A stretch of DNA of 63,885 nt, counting the filler, from Octopus bimaculoides (Eukaryota), in assembly GCF_001194135.2 (NCBI RefSeq). It is 8 parts of 8 records of this genome, joined end to end, with 100 filler letters (N's around TTAATTAATTAA, not from the genome) between each part and the next. Parts side by side here need not be neighbours in the genome. Positions count along the whole stretch, not along the records: positions 60,979 to 63,885 come from NC_069004.1; 7 more parts are not named here. One strand, written 5' to 3'. The notes under the pieces were generated by a model. That model was not told where the DNA came from. It saw only the letters and a program-made list of their open reading frames with translations, and did not search any database. Shown piece after piece: positions 62,813 to 63,885 of the stretch (its first letter is position 1; each line of letters starts with the position of its first letter). Made by a program: the position numbers and the translations under genes.

Positions 62813-62825
62813 AGGTCAGAGGTCA
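62813..62825 (+). promoter_or_regulatory. Perfect nuclear-receptor DR1 AGGTCAGAGGTCA
   Basis: Exact consensus; additional AGGTCA at 62774. Confidence 0.45.
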
Positions 62826-63119
62826 ACAGTCACTAGCCCCCAGAACAGTGTTTCAATGCCATACTGTGATGATGATGATGATAATGATGATGTTGCCCAG
62901 TGATGGTCTGAAACAGAGGTGATGGCTAAAGTTATAGCTAATTGCAAGGATCTTTTTGTGACCCAGTTTTTATGGTGGGTGATGGTGTGGTTATAGCCTG
63001 TCTGATGATGGTGGTGGTGGTGGTGGTAATGGCCATGATATGCAATAATAAACCATATACCACATGCTAAACGCATTCTTTGCACTAAATGGAACATTCC
63101 AGAAATGCCACCTCATTAC

Positions 63120-63338
63120 TAAGGCGACAAACTGGCTGAATCGTTAACACGCTGAGAAAAATGCTTAGCATCACTTCATCCGTCCTTAGATTCTGAGTTC
63201 AAATTTCACCCAGCTCGACTTTGCCTTTCATCCTCACAGGGTCAATAAAATAATTACCAGTCAAGCATGGTGGTCATTGTAATTGAGTAACGCCTTCGCA
63301 CCAAATTTCAGGCCTTGTGTCTATAATAGAAAGGACTA
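63120..63338 (+). mobile_element. SINE family A copy
   Basis: Matches consensus. Confidence 0.88.
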
Positions 63339-63706
63339 TTATTACCTCTGCCTTAGCAAAGACAGAGGTATTGTTTTCAGTTGTCTTTGTTAGTTTGTCC
63401 GTATATAAGATATCTTAAGAACTGACGAATGGATTCGGATGAAACTTTCAGGGATGTTTGGCCTCATGACTGGCACGAACTGATTAGATTTTGGGATCAA
63501 TCCAGTACCAGAGAAGGATTCTGGATTATTTTTCCAGTTTTTTTTATTACTTAATTTTTGAGAACGGTCAGGTTCATTTTTAGTCTCTTCGTTTGCGAGA
63601 ACAGTCGAGTTTATTTCGGATATTCTCATTTTAAAATTCATCTCTGGCTAACCATTGAGAGGATGTTGGTGTTGCTTTGGCAGAGGTTTGTGCTCTTTGA
63701 GTGCTT
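63339..63706 (+). mobile_element. Non-autonomous Helentron/DINE-1-like element
   Basis: 5' ATTACCTCTGCC sub-TIR within a hairpin (ACCTCTG..CAGAGGT); 3' GGCAGAGGT plus stem-loop GTGCTCTTTGAGTGC; inserted in an (ATT)n context. Confidence 0.8.
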
Positions 63707-63734
63707 ATTATTATTATTAGTAGTAGTAGTAGTA

Positions 63735-63885
63735 TTAAGGTGATGAGCTGGCAGAATCGTTAGCACACTGGGCAAACTGCTTAGTGGTATTTTGTCAGTC
63801 ATAACTTTCTCAGTTCAAATTCCACCGAGGTCAACTTTACCTTTCATCCTTTCGGGATCGAAAATTTAGGTACCAGCTGCATACT
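63735..63885 (+). mobile_element. SINE family A copy running off the window
   Basis: Matches consensus. Confidence 0.88.

Overview
Repeat-saturated, AT-rich animal genomic DNA, most likely from an octopus (coleoid cephalopod). The inference rests on three recurrent tRNA-derived SINE families and very dense microsatellites. The assembly is gappy, and seven gaps carry an artificial N44-TTAATTAATTAA-N44 linker. I recognise no host protein-coding gene, so the window is probably intronic or intergenic; nearly all listed ORFs are microsatellite or N artefacts or transposon fragments. Supported elements: two Penelope-like lineages (GIY-YIG); LINE fragments of the CR1/L2, RTE, Tx1/L1 and R4/Dong clades; four Tc1/mariner elements; a piggyBac end; a Helentron/DINE-like element; several MITE-like fold-backs; and dozens of SINEs. 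The most unusual signal is a composite satellite at 46.9-49.5 kb. It consists of a SINE-derived fold-back array, then a 44-bp array carrying IRF/ISRE-like and NF-kB-like motifs, then an array of perfect STAT GAS sites (TTCCTGGAA). Other candidates: a 6-nt microexon, a TATA+Inr promoter with an exon chain in a SINE-free island, a near-consensus CTCF site, a perfect DR1, three retroelement 5' inversions, and a retro-insertion with a 16-bp TSD and an open ORF tail. All regulatory calls are motif-level inference only.
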